Positions 28,120 to 36,167 of a stretch of 64,000 bases of DNA are shown here, one piece after another. Source of the stretch: Gammaproteobacteria bacterium (GTDB lineage: Bacteria; Pseudomonadota; Gammaproteobacteria; Steroidobacterales; JABDKV01); assembly GCA_029862165.1 (NCBI GenBank), contig JAOTXU010000004.1, forward strand, positions 43,288 through 107,287, given 5' to 3'. The translations under genes were made by a program, and so were the position numbers. Each line of letters begins with the position of its first letter. Positions within the stretch are counted from its first letter, which is position 1. Under the pieces are notes generated by a model. The model did not search any database. It saw only the letters and a list, made by a program, of their open reading frames with translations, and had not been told where the DNA came from.

Positions 28120-28241
28120 TGGGCGCCATACCTCTTGTTCACTCGACGGCGCATGCGATAGCTGCACCCCGCTTTTTCATGTTACTTTACATCCTCGACC
28201 TATGCACCGGTCCTCAAGGATCGGTGAGCCGGGGAAAAGCC

Positions 28242-28862
28242 ATGTACGTAGAAGTCCAACATCCCTGTATACAGCACAAGCTGGCGCTACTGCGTGATGC
28301 CGAAACCGGGCACAAAAGATTTCGCGAGCTGGCGACAGAGATTACTATGTTTGTCTGCTACGAGGCTCTGAAACACGTCGAAGTCGAACAGGTCAACGTG
28401 CAAACACCCGTGGCAATCGCGTCCTGTCAGAAGATAGCCAATGACATCGTCGTAGTCCCGATACTTCGGGCCGGTGTAGGCATGCTCGATGGAATACTGG
28501 GCCTGGTACCGACCGCACGCGTCGGTTTTCTGGGCATGTATCGCGATGAAGAAACCAAGAAACCGGTCGAGTACTACAACAAGCTGCCGTCGGATACTAC
28601 CGATGCATTGTATATCGTCGTGGACCCGATGCTCGCGACCGGGGGCTCGACAGTTGCTGCATTGGACGCAATTACAGGCGCGGGCGTTGAAAAAGCCATC
28701 GTGGTATGTATCGTTTCGTGCCCCGAAGGAATCCAGGCCGTCGAACGCTCCCATCCCGACATACCGGTTTATACCGCAAGTGTCGACGAATGCTTAAACG
28801 AAAAGAAATACATCGTCCCGGGTCTGGGTGATGCCGGCGACCGACTCTTCGGAACCCGCTAA
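28242..28862 (+). CDS. upp: Uracil phosphoribosyltransferase
   Basis: 'VQHPCIQHKLALLRD', 'VVVPILRAGVGM', and the PRPP loop 'YIVVDPMLATGGS'. It ends 'YIVPGLGDAGDRLFGT'. ATG at 28242. Confidence 0.95.
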   Translation: MYVEVQHPCIQHKLALLRDAETGHKRFRELATEITMFVCYEALKHVEVEQVNVQTPVAIASCQKIANDIVVVPILRAGVGMLDGILGLVPTARVGFLGMYRDEETKKPVEYYNKLPSDTTDALYIVVDPMLATGGSTVAALDAITGAGVEKAIVVCIVSCPEGIQAVERSHPDIPVYTASVDECLNEKKYIVPGLGDAGDRLFGTR

Positions 28863-28868
28863 CACCGC

Positions 28869-30191
28869 ATGCTATTCACTGACGTAATCCGCAAGAAGCG
28901 GGACGGTGATGCACTGTCGCCGGCGGAAATCGATTTTTTTGTTAGGGGCCTGGCAGACAAAAGCATTCCGGCGGAACAGGTATCGGCGCTGGCGATGGCT
29001 ATTTTTCTGCGTTCGATGACGGTTGAGGAAGCCGGTCTGCTGACCGTAGCCATGGCACATTCCGGCACGACGCTGCAATGGGATGCTCAAGATCTCGGCG
29101 GACCCGTCGTCGATAAACATTCGACCGGTGGCGTTGGTGACAAAGTCAGTTTCTTGCTAGCTCCGATCGCCGCGGCCTGCGGTTGTTTTGTGCCAATGAT
29201 TTCCGGGCGTGGTTTGGGTCACACCGGCGGCACGCTGGACAAGATCGGCAGCATCCCAGGCTATCAGGCAACACCGGATCTCAATCTGTTTAAGCAGGTG
29301 GTCAAAACAACGGGCTGCGCCATCATCGGTCAAACCGCGGACTTGGCACCGGCCGATCGCCGTTTCTACGCGATCCGCGATGTCACTTCGACTGTCGAGT
29401 CCATACCGCTGATTACCGCGTCTATCCTGTCAAAAAAAATCGCCGCCGGCCTCGATGGCTTGGTGATGGATGTCAAATGTGGTTCAGGGGCCTTTATGAC
29501 GACGCTGGACCGGGCACGAGAGCTGGCCGGTAGCATTATCAATACTGCACAAAGCTGCGGTCTGCCGGCACATGCGATTATCACCGATATGAATCAGTCG
29601 TTGGGCGAAACGGCAGGTAACGCCATAGAACTTGCCGAATCCATGGCTTATCTGAACGATACAGACCGTGAATCGCGACTCGATGAAGTCGTCATGGCCC
29701 TGAGTGCCGAAATGCTGGTCGTTGGTGGCCTGGAACAAGACCGTGCCATCGCCCGCGAAAAAGCAAACCGGGCGGTGACCTCCGGCAAGGCGGCCGAAAT
29801 ATTCCAGCGTATGGTTGCCGCACTGGGCGGACCGGCCGATTTCGTTGAACGCTATGAACACCACTTGCCACAAGCCGCATTCAAGATGCCGGTGCACCCG
29901 GACCGTGGTGGCTACCTGGACACGGTCGATGCCTTTGCCGTCGGCAATGCCATCATCGAACTGGGTGGTGGCCGGCGCACATTGGAGGACACACTCGACT
30001 TGTCGGTCGGTCTTGGCCAAATTGCCGCAACGGGGAGCGAAGTCGATGCTCAGACACCGCTCGCTGTCGTGCATGCTGCATCCCGAGCCGACGCCGAACG
30101 AGCCGCCCCGGTGCTAAGAAGCGCGTGCACCATCTCAGATTCCACCCCCGACAAAAAACCCGTCGTCTACGACACGATCCTGCCCAATTAA
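28869..30191 (+). CDS. deoA: Thymidine (pyrimidine-nucleoside) phosphorylase
   Basis: 'VVDKHSTGGVGDKVS', 'SGRGLGHTGGTLDKIGSIPG', 'SILSKKIAAG'. 440 aa. Confidence 0.95.
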   Translation: MLFTDVIRKKRDGDALSPAEIDFFVRGLADKSIPAEQVSALAMAIFLRSMTVEEAGLLTVAMAHSGTTLQWDAQDLGGPVVDKHSTGGVGDKVSFLLAPIAAACGCFVPMISGRGLGHTGGTLDKIGSIPGYQATPDLNLFKQVVKTTGCAIIGQTADLAPADRRFYAIRDVTSTVESIPLITASILSKKIAAGLDGLVMDVKCGSGAFMTTLDRARELAGSIINTAQSCGLPAHAIITDMNQSLGETAGNAIELAESMAYLNDTDRESRLDEVVMALSAEMLVVGGLEQDRAIAREKANRAVTSGKAAEIFQRMVAALGGPADFVERYEHHLPQAAFKMPVHPDRGGYLDTVDAFAVGNAIIELGGGRRTLEDTLDLSVGLGQIAATGSEVDAQTPLAVVHAASRADAERAAPVLRSACTISDSTPDKKPVVYDTILPN

Positions 30192-30285
30192 TCAGACTCC
30201 TTATTTTTTTCACGACCCCAGCACACGCAGTGAATCGCGGCCAGAGAGCTTCCCACAAGAGTGCATTTCCGCGAGTGGCCCCTAT

Positions 30286-30440
30286 CCCTCGCCGACGGGG
30301 GAGGGAATAAAAATCGCGGCTGGAAGCCGCTCCTACGCGGGCACCGCGAGATAGCGGGGCTGCCGCGAGAAAGAAGACGGTCGTTTATTTGCGGCGACTG
30401 CGTTCCTCGCCGGAGCCGAAAATAAATGCCGGCTTCTAGG
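30286..30440. repeat. Cluster of short GC-rich hairpins (REP-like extragenic palindromes) between convergent deoA and cdd
   Basis: Read directly: TCCCTC-N10-GAGGGA, GCGGC-tggaa-GCCGC followed by 'TCCTAC', CGCGG-gca-CCGCG, GCGG-ggctg-CCGC, and GCCGG-N15-CCGGC. The 'GCGGCnnnnnGCCGCTCCTAC' unit resembles REP elements of pseudomonads. Confidence 0.35.
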
Positions 30441-30472
30441 CTCGCCACAGCGTTATCGCGGCAAGAACAATG

Positions 30473-30865
30473 CTATAGAGAAAATGAACCCGGCAACAAC
30501 TGTTCGATGGTGTGTTCGACCAACTCACCATCGTTATCCAACGAAACAATCCGCGTTTTATCATCAGCAAATTCACTGATGTGCTGACGACAACCACCAC
30601 AAGGTGTGCAGGCAATCAGGTCCCCAATGCCCCCCACCACGAGGATCCGCACGATCCTTGTGCCACCGGACGCAATCATCGCACCGATCGCATTCGGCTC
30701 GGCACAACTGCCTTCCGGATACGCCGCGTTTTCAACATTGCAACCGACGTGAATATTGCCCTTGTCATCGACCAGTGCTGCACCGACCAGAAAGCCGGAA
30801 TAGGGCGCATGGGCACGTTGTCTTACTTGTTGCGCAAGCGTCAATAGTTGCCTGTCGTCAGCCAT
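30473..30865 (-). CDS. cdd: Cytidine deaminase (small homotetrameric type)
   Basis: Zinc ligands 'GSCAEPNAIG' and 'CTPCGGCRQ'. 130 aa. Confidence 0.9.
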   Translation of the reverse strand: MADDRQLLTLAQQVRQRAHAPYSGFLVGAALVDDKGNIHVGCNVENAAYPEGSCAEPNAIGAMIASGGTRIVRILVVGGIGDLIACTPCGGCRQHISEFADDKTRIVSLDNDGELVEHTIEQLLPGSFSL

Positions 30866-30914
30866 TCGTTAGTCCTAGTCTGTAAATATCTTCGAGAATA
30901 TTACCCTGTAACAT

Positions 30915-31210
30915 TGTAGTCCCCCATTTTTAATCGCTGTAGCGAGTAGACGTTTAAGCAGCCATTGCCAGTTTTTGGTTTGGGGTGATGCCTCCAATGA
31001 CCATGTTGGGCCGTTATTGTAGCGCCAGAGCCAACCTGTTGCAGTCAGCTGCGCGTGAGCTACACACTCGAACAGGTGTTCATCGAGTCACTCGTTCCGT
31101 GCCGTGCGAATGAAGCGGTCGCTGAGCTTCGCCTGGTAGCGATTGCAGGTCTCCGAGATACCGAAAACGCGGCAGGCCAAACGGATCGCTACGCCCTTTT
31201 CGTTCACCGC
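30915..31210 (-). mobile_element. Internally deleted IS3-family insertion-sequence remnant (OrfB N-terminus fused to OrfB C-terminus; DDE core missing)
   Basis: The minus-strand translation gives 'NEKGVAIRLACRVFGISETCNRYQAKLSD'. After a stop it gives 'LDEHLFECVAHAQLTATGWLWRYNN', and after a frameshift 'RPNMVIGGITPNQKLAMAA*'. These match the conserved N- and C-terminal ends of IS3-family OrfB transposases. A likely terminal repeat 'TGTAGTCCCCCA' starts at 30915. No matching left end was found. Confidence 0.6.
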
Positions 31211-31286
31211 TCGTTATGCCCGCTATGTCGGGATGGCAGGAACGATCTCCGGCTTGAGGAAGCGTCAAAGACCCGCTCCGAAAATG

Positions 31287-31316
31287 CAAAAAAAACCGGA
31301 GAAAAATCTCCGGTTT
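31287..31316 (-). terminator. Rho-independent terminator of the TonB-dependent receptor gene
   Basis: On the minus strand: CCGGAGA-tttt-TCTCCGG followed by a run of nine T. It lies about 30 nt after the stop at 31343. Confidence 0.75.
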
Positions 31317-31342
31317 TAAGTATTGAATTTATATTTGGAAAA

Positions 31343-34300
31343 TTAAAATTCGTATTTCAGGCCGAACTGAAGCCGCCATACAGACTGGCTAAGCACTTCC
31401 AGGTTCGCGATGCTCCCGTCGCTATTCAGATCAAAGTACTCGTACTGACCGTTGTTGATTCTCGCGGAGACAACATCACGCTCGTACTCATAGCGGGTAC
31501 GCTCAATACGTCCCCGATCAGAGCTTAGCAAGTTACCCAGGTTCTCAATGTCAAAGAACAAATGGAAACGATCGTCTGGCCTAAACCCTGGCAGCTCTTG
31601 TTGGATACGTAAATCTATGATCGTCGACCACGAAGAATTGTCACCATTGCGCGGTGCGACAGAGCCTTTGTATTGCGCCAATCTAGAGTTATTAATATAG
31701 TCGAAGAATGCCTGTTGATCCGCTGCGTCGCCATCGAATGAATCTGCTGAGAACAAGGGATCGTTCGGGCCAGATGGAACGTAAAGCAGGTGACCGGCGT
31801 CATCGTTACGGCTCTCACGTGCGCAGCGACCACCGCCTACATCAAATACACAGTTGTTGTTTTCGCTAAACGTGTAGCTATATGGTTGACCTGGGCGACG
31901 CGTGCCAAACAAAGATACTTTGGTTTCGTGCCCACCGAAAAACGCTTTACTCCAATTGAATCGCAGTTTGAACAAATGCTCGACTTGAAAGTTTGATATG
32001 CCAGCCCTTGGCATCTGGCGGTCAAATGCTGCAAAGTCGGAGTAGTTTGACGTCGCTGTAGATGAAGTACCGTAGCCGACATCTTCAACATCTGCATGGG
32101 TATAGCTTGTAAATAAATCGAAAATACCTGCAGAAGTTTCCCATTCTTTAGTTGCTGACAGCGCGAACAAGGTGCTGTCACCGTCGTCAACAGAACCAAC
32201 AAGGATTGCTTCAGGCGCACCGCTACAATCATACACACCACGACCGTCTGGAGCAGTTTCTACTGGGTTTTCACAGCGCTGATCATACCAGTAGGATGCA
32301 TTTTCTAGCTTGTTGTAAAGGAAGTCAGCAGATAGTACCCACTCTTTAATTTCATGTGCAACACCAATACTGAACTTCCAAGTTGTTGGAATTTCGAAAT
32401 CGGGTCTAAGCGCGTTTACAGAGCCGTCAGGCGCTTCGTTTGCTAATGCATCAAGCACATCTTGTGGAATGAATTGACCGGTTGCTGCGTCCGGCGTGGT
32501 TGGTACTAAGACAGTGCCGAATGCATTTGAGCTATCCGAAATTACACCGTCGTTTGAATAGCTGTTTGAAATCCAAACGCCAGGCGAGCCGCCTGAAAAG
32601 CGACCAATACCACCGCGAACCGTCGTGACATCGCTCGCATCCCACTGGAATGAAACCCTTGGAAGAACGACATCCAAGCCATCTATATCTGTAGTATTAG
32701 AGAAACCATAGCGATCGACAAAGTTTTGGTTCTGACGAATTGAACCTTCTGACCCATACCAGTCGTAGCGAATACCCGCATCGATAACAAGGTCATTGCT
32801 TACATCCCAGCTATCCTGAAAGTACAAAGAGTTGAAGTCGTAACCCCAAATTGCACGTAAATCATTTTCATCGTTGGTGATGGCGTTGTTATATAACAAT
32901 CCAGAAGCCGTTGCATTGCTAAGGTCAGCGATGCTGTCAAAGACGTAAGAACCTTCAGAGTTTTGCGCAAATAAGTTGTCTACATCGACTTCTTCACGCT
33001 CGAAACCCGCTTTTAAAATGTGGTCACCCATGGAGTATTCAGCGATTGCTTTAATCTGGAAGAAATCCTGGTCAAGTTGGTTACCGTGACGGAAGCGGTC
33101 CGGGCCAATGACCAGATAATTTTCGTCACCATCAACTTCACGCAGGAATACCGCAAAAGACGGGAATTCTGCACCATTTAAAGAATTCTGACCGGTAGCT
33201 TGGGTGGTGCTCGCAATCTTGAATTGGGTGGAGAAGTCTGGCGTCCAATCAGAGAATACGTGAGCGATCAGGCTCTCAACTTCCTCGGAACGGTCATACC
33301 ATGCGGACGATGCACCAAGTGTATTGTCAGACGCTAGGAAGTTATTACCGTTTTGCTCGCGTATAGTGTTTCCTTCAGTACTGATATAGGTAAATTTCGC
33401 TCGGTGGTCATCGTTGATGTTCCAATCGATGTTGGCAAGGATCTTTTCATCTTCGGCAGGGGGTTTGCTAAAGCCACCAATGTCGAAACCCCAAACGTCA
33501 GAGACAATCTGACCGACTTGATCAACATCAGCTTGTGTTATGTTTTCTTCTTCGTTCAGTGCACCTGAACCTGCTGGACCATCGTCTAGCGGAGCAACTT
33601 CTTCATATTTGTCGTAAGCGAGGAAGAAGAAAAGTTTATCTTTAATAATTGGACCACCGAGTGTGCCAACGAGCGTTTCTTCTTCAAACGTGAAGTTGAA
33701 GTCGTCACCTTCGCTTTTGTCACCAATCTGTGAATCATCAGTGTAATAGTAACCTACTGAGCTATGGAATTCGTTCGTTCCAGATTTAGTCACGGCATTG
33801 ATTGTACCGCCAGTAAAACCATTGTACTCAACGTCAAAGGGCGCCGTCTGAATTGACAGTGATTCGATCGCATCGTAAGAAATAGGCGAACGCTGCGTCG
33901 GGTAACCGTTAGCATTTAGGCCAAAACGGTCGTTGAGAGCAACACCGTCGATAGTCAATGAGTTAAAACGGTTGTTTGCACCGGCGATGGATAATTCTTT
34001 CGCACCACCACTTTGAACGTTCACGGATGCGAAGGGGTCAAGCTGAGCGGCATCTGTAATGTCACGGTCGATAGAAGCCAATTCGTTAAGGGCTTCAATG
34101 CCAAGGCTTGTGCTTAAGCCTTCATTAGAGAAACCGGCCGCCTGATAGCTGCCGGTGACGATAACCTCTTCTGTTGCTAACGCCATCAATTGAACGGTCA
34201 CTGGAAGTGCAAATGTCTGGTCAAGCGACAAATAAACATTGTCGAGTTCAAGAGGTTCAATATTGGCACCGACTACTTTAATCGAGTATGGACCACCCAC

Positions 34301-34540
34301 ACGAAGACCGCGTGCCGAGAAAGTCCCACTTTCGTTAGTCACTGCAGTCCAAACTGTGCCCGATGGCGTGTGCGTGATAGTCACCGTAACTTCAGGAACG
34401 GTAGTTCCAGTTTCGCTGGCAACAGTACCTCGAATGCTGGATGTAATTGTTTGTGCCATTACTGCTACAGGCAAGCTTACAGACAGCACGCCCGCAACTA
34501 CGAGGTTGAGCATATTTTTTTTAAAAGATGTAGAAATCAT
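31343..34540 (-). CDS. Oar-like TonB-dependent receptor with N-terminal carboxypeptidase-regulatory-like domain
   Basis: Signal peptide 'VSLPVAVMA'. The CarboxypepD_reg-like domain is 'IRGTVASETGTTVPEVTVTITHTPSGTVWTAVTNESGTFSARGLRVGGPYSIKV'. The plug region contains 'ELSIAGANNRFNSLTIDGVALNDRFG'. The 1065-aa barrel ends in 'FGLKYEF'. Confidence 0.9.
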   Translation of the reverse strand: MISTSFKKNMLNLVVAGVLSVSLPVAVMAQTITSSIRGTVASETGTTVPEVTVTITHTPSGTVWTAVTNESGTFSARGLRVGGPYSIKVVGANIEPLELDNVYLSLDQTFALPVTVQLMALATEEVIVTGSYQAAGFSNEGLSTSLGIEALNELASIDRDITDAAQLDPFASVNVQSGGAKELSIAGANNRFNSLTIDGVALNDRFGLNANGYPTQRSPISYDAIESLSIQTAPFDVEYNGFTGGTINAVTKSGTNEFHSSVGYYYTDDSQIGDKSEGDDFNFTFEEETLVGTLGGPIIKDKLFFFLAYDKYEEVAPLDDGPAGSGALNEEENITQADVDQVGQIVSDVWGFDIGGFSKPPAEDEKILANIDWNINDDHRAKFTYISTEGNTIREQNGNNFLASDNTLGASSAWYDRSEEVESLIAHVFSDWTPDFSTQFKIASTTQATGQNSLNGAEFPSFAVFLREVDGDENYLVIGPDRFRHGNQLDQDFFQIKAIAEYSMGDHILKAGFEREEVDVDNLFAQNSEGSYVFDSIADLSNATASGLLYNNAITNDENDLRAIWGYDFNSLYFQDSWDVSNDLVIDAGIRYDWYGSEGSIRQNQNFVDRYGFSNTTDIDGLDVVLPRVSFQWDASDVTTVRGGIGRFSGGSPGVWISNSYSNDGVISDSSNAFGTVLVPTTPDAATGQFIPQDVLDALANEAPDGSVNALRPDFEIPTTWKFSIGVAHEIKEWVLSADFLYNKLENASYWYDQRCENPVETAPDGRGVYDCSGAPEAILVGSVDDGDSTLFALSATKEWETSAGIFDLFTSYTHADVEDVGYGTSSTATSNYSDFAAFDRQMPRAGISNFQVEHLFKLRFNWSKAFFGGHETKVSLFGTRRPGQPYSYTFSENNNCVFDVGGGRCARESRNDDAGHLLYVPSGPNDPLFSADSFDGDAADQQAFFDYINNSRLAQYKGSVAPRNGDNSSWSTIIDLRIQQELPGFRPDDRFHLFFDIENLGNLLSSDRGRIERTRYEYERDVVSARINNGQYEYFDLNSDGSIANLEVLSQSVWRLQFGLKYEF

Positions 34541-34628
34541 GATCCCCCCTTGTAGGAGTTCCTAGTGGTTAATATTAGTGAATATCTGGCTGAACTCCCT
34601 GCACCGGCGGCTGGAGCATCAATTCTCG

Positions 34629-34724
34629 TCATGGTGTGTATCCAACACTGGAAACAGACAGCAACATAAAAGCCGTAACGATGACGAACCCCAGTTTGCC
34701 AATAAACCCTGGGTAGTTATTCAT
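34629..34724 (-). CDS. Candidate 31-codon hydrophobic micro-ORF in the leader of the TonB-dependent receptor
   Basis: ATG at 34724 is preceded by GGGGA about 6 nt upstream. It encodes 'MNNYPGFIGKLGFVIVTAFMLLSVSSVGYTP' (one predicted TM helix). TGA at 34629-34631 lies 88 nt upstream of the receptor start. It is too short for the ORF track and there is no conservation evidence. Confidence 0.3.
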   Translation of the reverse strand: MNNYPGFIGKLGFVIVTAFMLLSVSSVGYTP

Positions 34725-35078
34725 TTTCGATCCCCGTTCTTAAGAAGCATAGGATGGAGCGTGACGGCAGTGTTACGCACATGGAAAACGAATGAGAAGG
34801 AGTCGGGCCGGCGAACTGCCGATCCGGCGCCTTTTGCTGTGTCTATTGAGTTGCAAGCTCACTGTCCCCTTTGAGCGAGAAACGGTGTCGTCCGGAGTCG
34901 GAAAACCGCCTGTTGACTCGCACGATGGCGCAACAATACGACAGATGAGAACGCCGTGTCACTGGCCGCGGCAGCACTCATACCGGCCTAACAGAAGCGA
35001 CTTGCCGTATGTGCGCTGCACCACCGTATGTGGGTATCGAACCAGACTTGAAGTACGCGGTTAGCACTAAAGCCTGAG

Positions 35079-36164
35079 TTATTGTTTTGGCACCATTTCA
35101 ATAGTGACCGCCAGCGGCCAGTGATCCGAGATGCCCGTGCCGGCAGGCAACTCAAAACGATTGGGTGTGCGGTCGGGCCTGGTCTGGCCGGGTGCCCGGT
35201 TGACCAGGACGGACGAGCCGGCGCGCATCCGCCATGTTGCTTTTTCACCACGCCCGGGGCGGGCCCACAGGATCATGTCCAGAAAGGACCAGTCGTCCCG
35301 GGGTGCGTAATAATGTGTTCCCGGACAAGCACTGCACGCTTCGTGCGCCACCAGCCATTTATCGCGTACAAAACGCCCGAGCATGTCTTGTTCGGCATCC
35401 TCAGGGGCTGTCGTGTTGAAGTCTCCCGCTGCAAACGCCATTCGTCCCGCCGGCAGATCTGCAAGGAACCTGTTCAAGGCGACATATGCCTGCTCACGCA
35501 TCGGATAGGGATGAAACGGTGCAGGAAAGTGTACGGCGAAACCCGTCAACAACGAGCCATCGGGCAAACGAAAAGTCGCTTCGAGTATGCCACGAGTATC
35601 GTTTATCCTGGATTGCTCAAAACCTGCATGCGTTACGGAATGCAGAGTCGGTTGACCGGCCAATTCCAGCCGGCTGAGAAACGCAACGTCGATACCACGC
35701 AGGTCGTCACCTTCCAACAATATCGCCGGACGATAACCGGCACCAGCCAGATAGCCGGTACGCAGTTGTTCCAGCACTGACAGGTTTTCAACTTCCTGCA
35801 GCACTACGACGTCCGGCCCTCTGCCATTGCCGATCTGCAGGATCGCTCGCGCCAGCGCGGTCATCTTTTGCTCCAGCGCCGATTCGTTCCAGTCGTAGTT
35901 CAAGCACTGGTCGCGCCAGCGTTCGACCGGAATCTTTTCACAACCCTCGCGATGCGCCGCAGATTGTTTTTTGGTAATCGGCAGGTAGGTGGCATCGTCC
36001 TTACCGGCATCGTCAATCGTATCGAACAGATTTTCGACGTTGAATGTCATCAGCGTGACCGATGGGTGCGCTTGCCCGCTCAACGATGGGTCGTCGGTCA
36101 CACAACCAGCAGACAACCATGCCAGCAGATAAATGGTCAGTAGCATCCGTTTGGAAATCATCAT
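35079..36164 (-). CDS. Exported endonuclease/exonuclease/phosphatase (EEP) family protein, probable lipoprotein
   Basis: 'LLAWLSAGCV' is a signal/lipobox-like sequence. EEP blocks are present: 'LMTFNVENLFD', 'DVVVLQEVEN', 'AAGDFNT', 'SDHWPLAV'. Confidence 0.8.
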   Translation of the reverse strand: MMISKRMLLTIYLLAWLSAGCVTDDPSLSGQAHPSVTLMTFNVENLFDTIDDAGKDDATYLPITKKQSAAHREGCEKIPVERWRDQCLNYDWNESALEQKMTALARAILQIGNGRGPDVVVLQEVENLSVLEQLRTGYLAGAGYRPAILLEGDDLRGIDVAFLSRLELAGQPTLHSVTHAGFEQSRINDTRGILEATFRLPDGSLLTGFAVHFPAPFHPYPMREQAYVALNRFLADLPAGRMAFAAGDFNTTAPEDAEQDMLGRFVRDKWLVAHEACSACPGTHYYAPRDDWSFLDMILWARPGRGEKATWRMRAGSSVLVNRAPGQTRPDRTPNRFELPAGTGISDHWPLAVTIEMVPKQ

Positions 36165-36167
36165 GGC

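Noticed and set aside
31055-31528. The 157-aa plus-strand ORF spanning the IS remnant and the 3' end of the receptor gene.
   Set aside because: It is antisense to the recognisable IS3 OrfB fragments, crosses the rho-independent terminator and has no motifs. I treat it as an artefact.
35005-35032. The 9-nt direct repeat CCGTATGTG (35005 and 35024), considered as a regulator binding site.
   Set aside because: By a rough estimate, a 9-nt repeat within about 350 nt has an appreciable chance of occurring at random (on the order of one in four or five). I note it inside the non-coding-region finding but do not call it as a feature.
35020-35050. tRNA/tmRNA-like 'GGTTCGATACCC' on the minus strand, considered as a T-arm, a tRNA 3' fragment or an island att site.
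   Set aside because: The flanking bases do not form a T-stem (GTCTG vs CCCAC). There is no acceptor stem or CCA context. No tmRNA tag-reading-frame or RNase P 'GGAAAGTCCGG'-type core occurs in the region.
34541-35078. Cobalamin or other riboswitch in the long leader of the TonB-dependent receptor; likewise 52336-52493 upstream of the second receptor.
   Set aside because: I could not find a B12-box (GCCACTG-type core), the TPP 'CTGAGA' element or other riboswitch cores on the relevant strand. The second leader is too short. Only a covariance-model scan could settle this.
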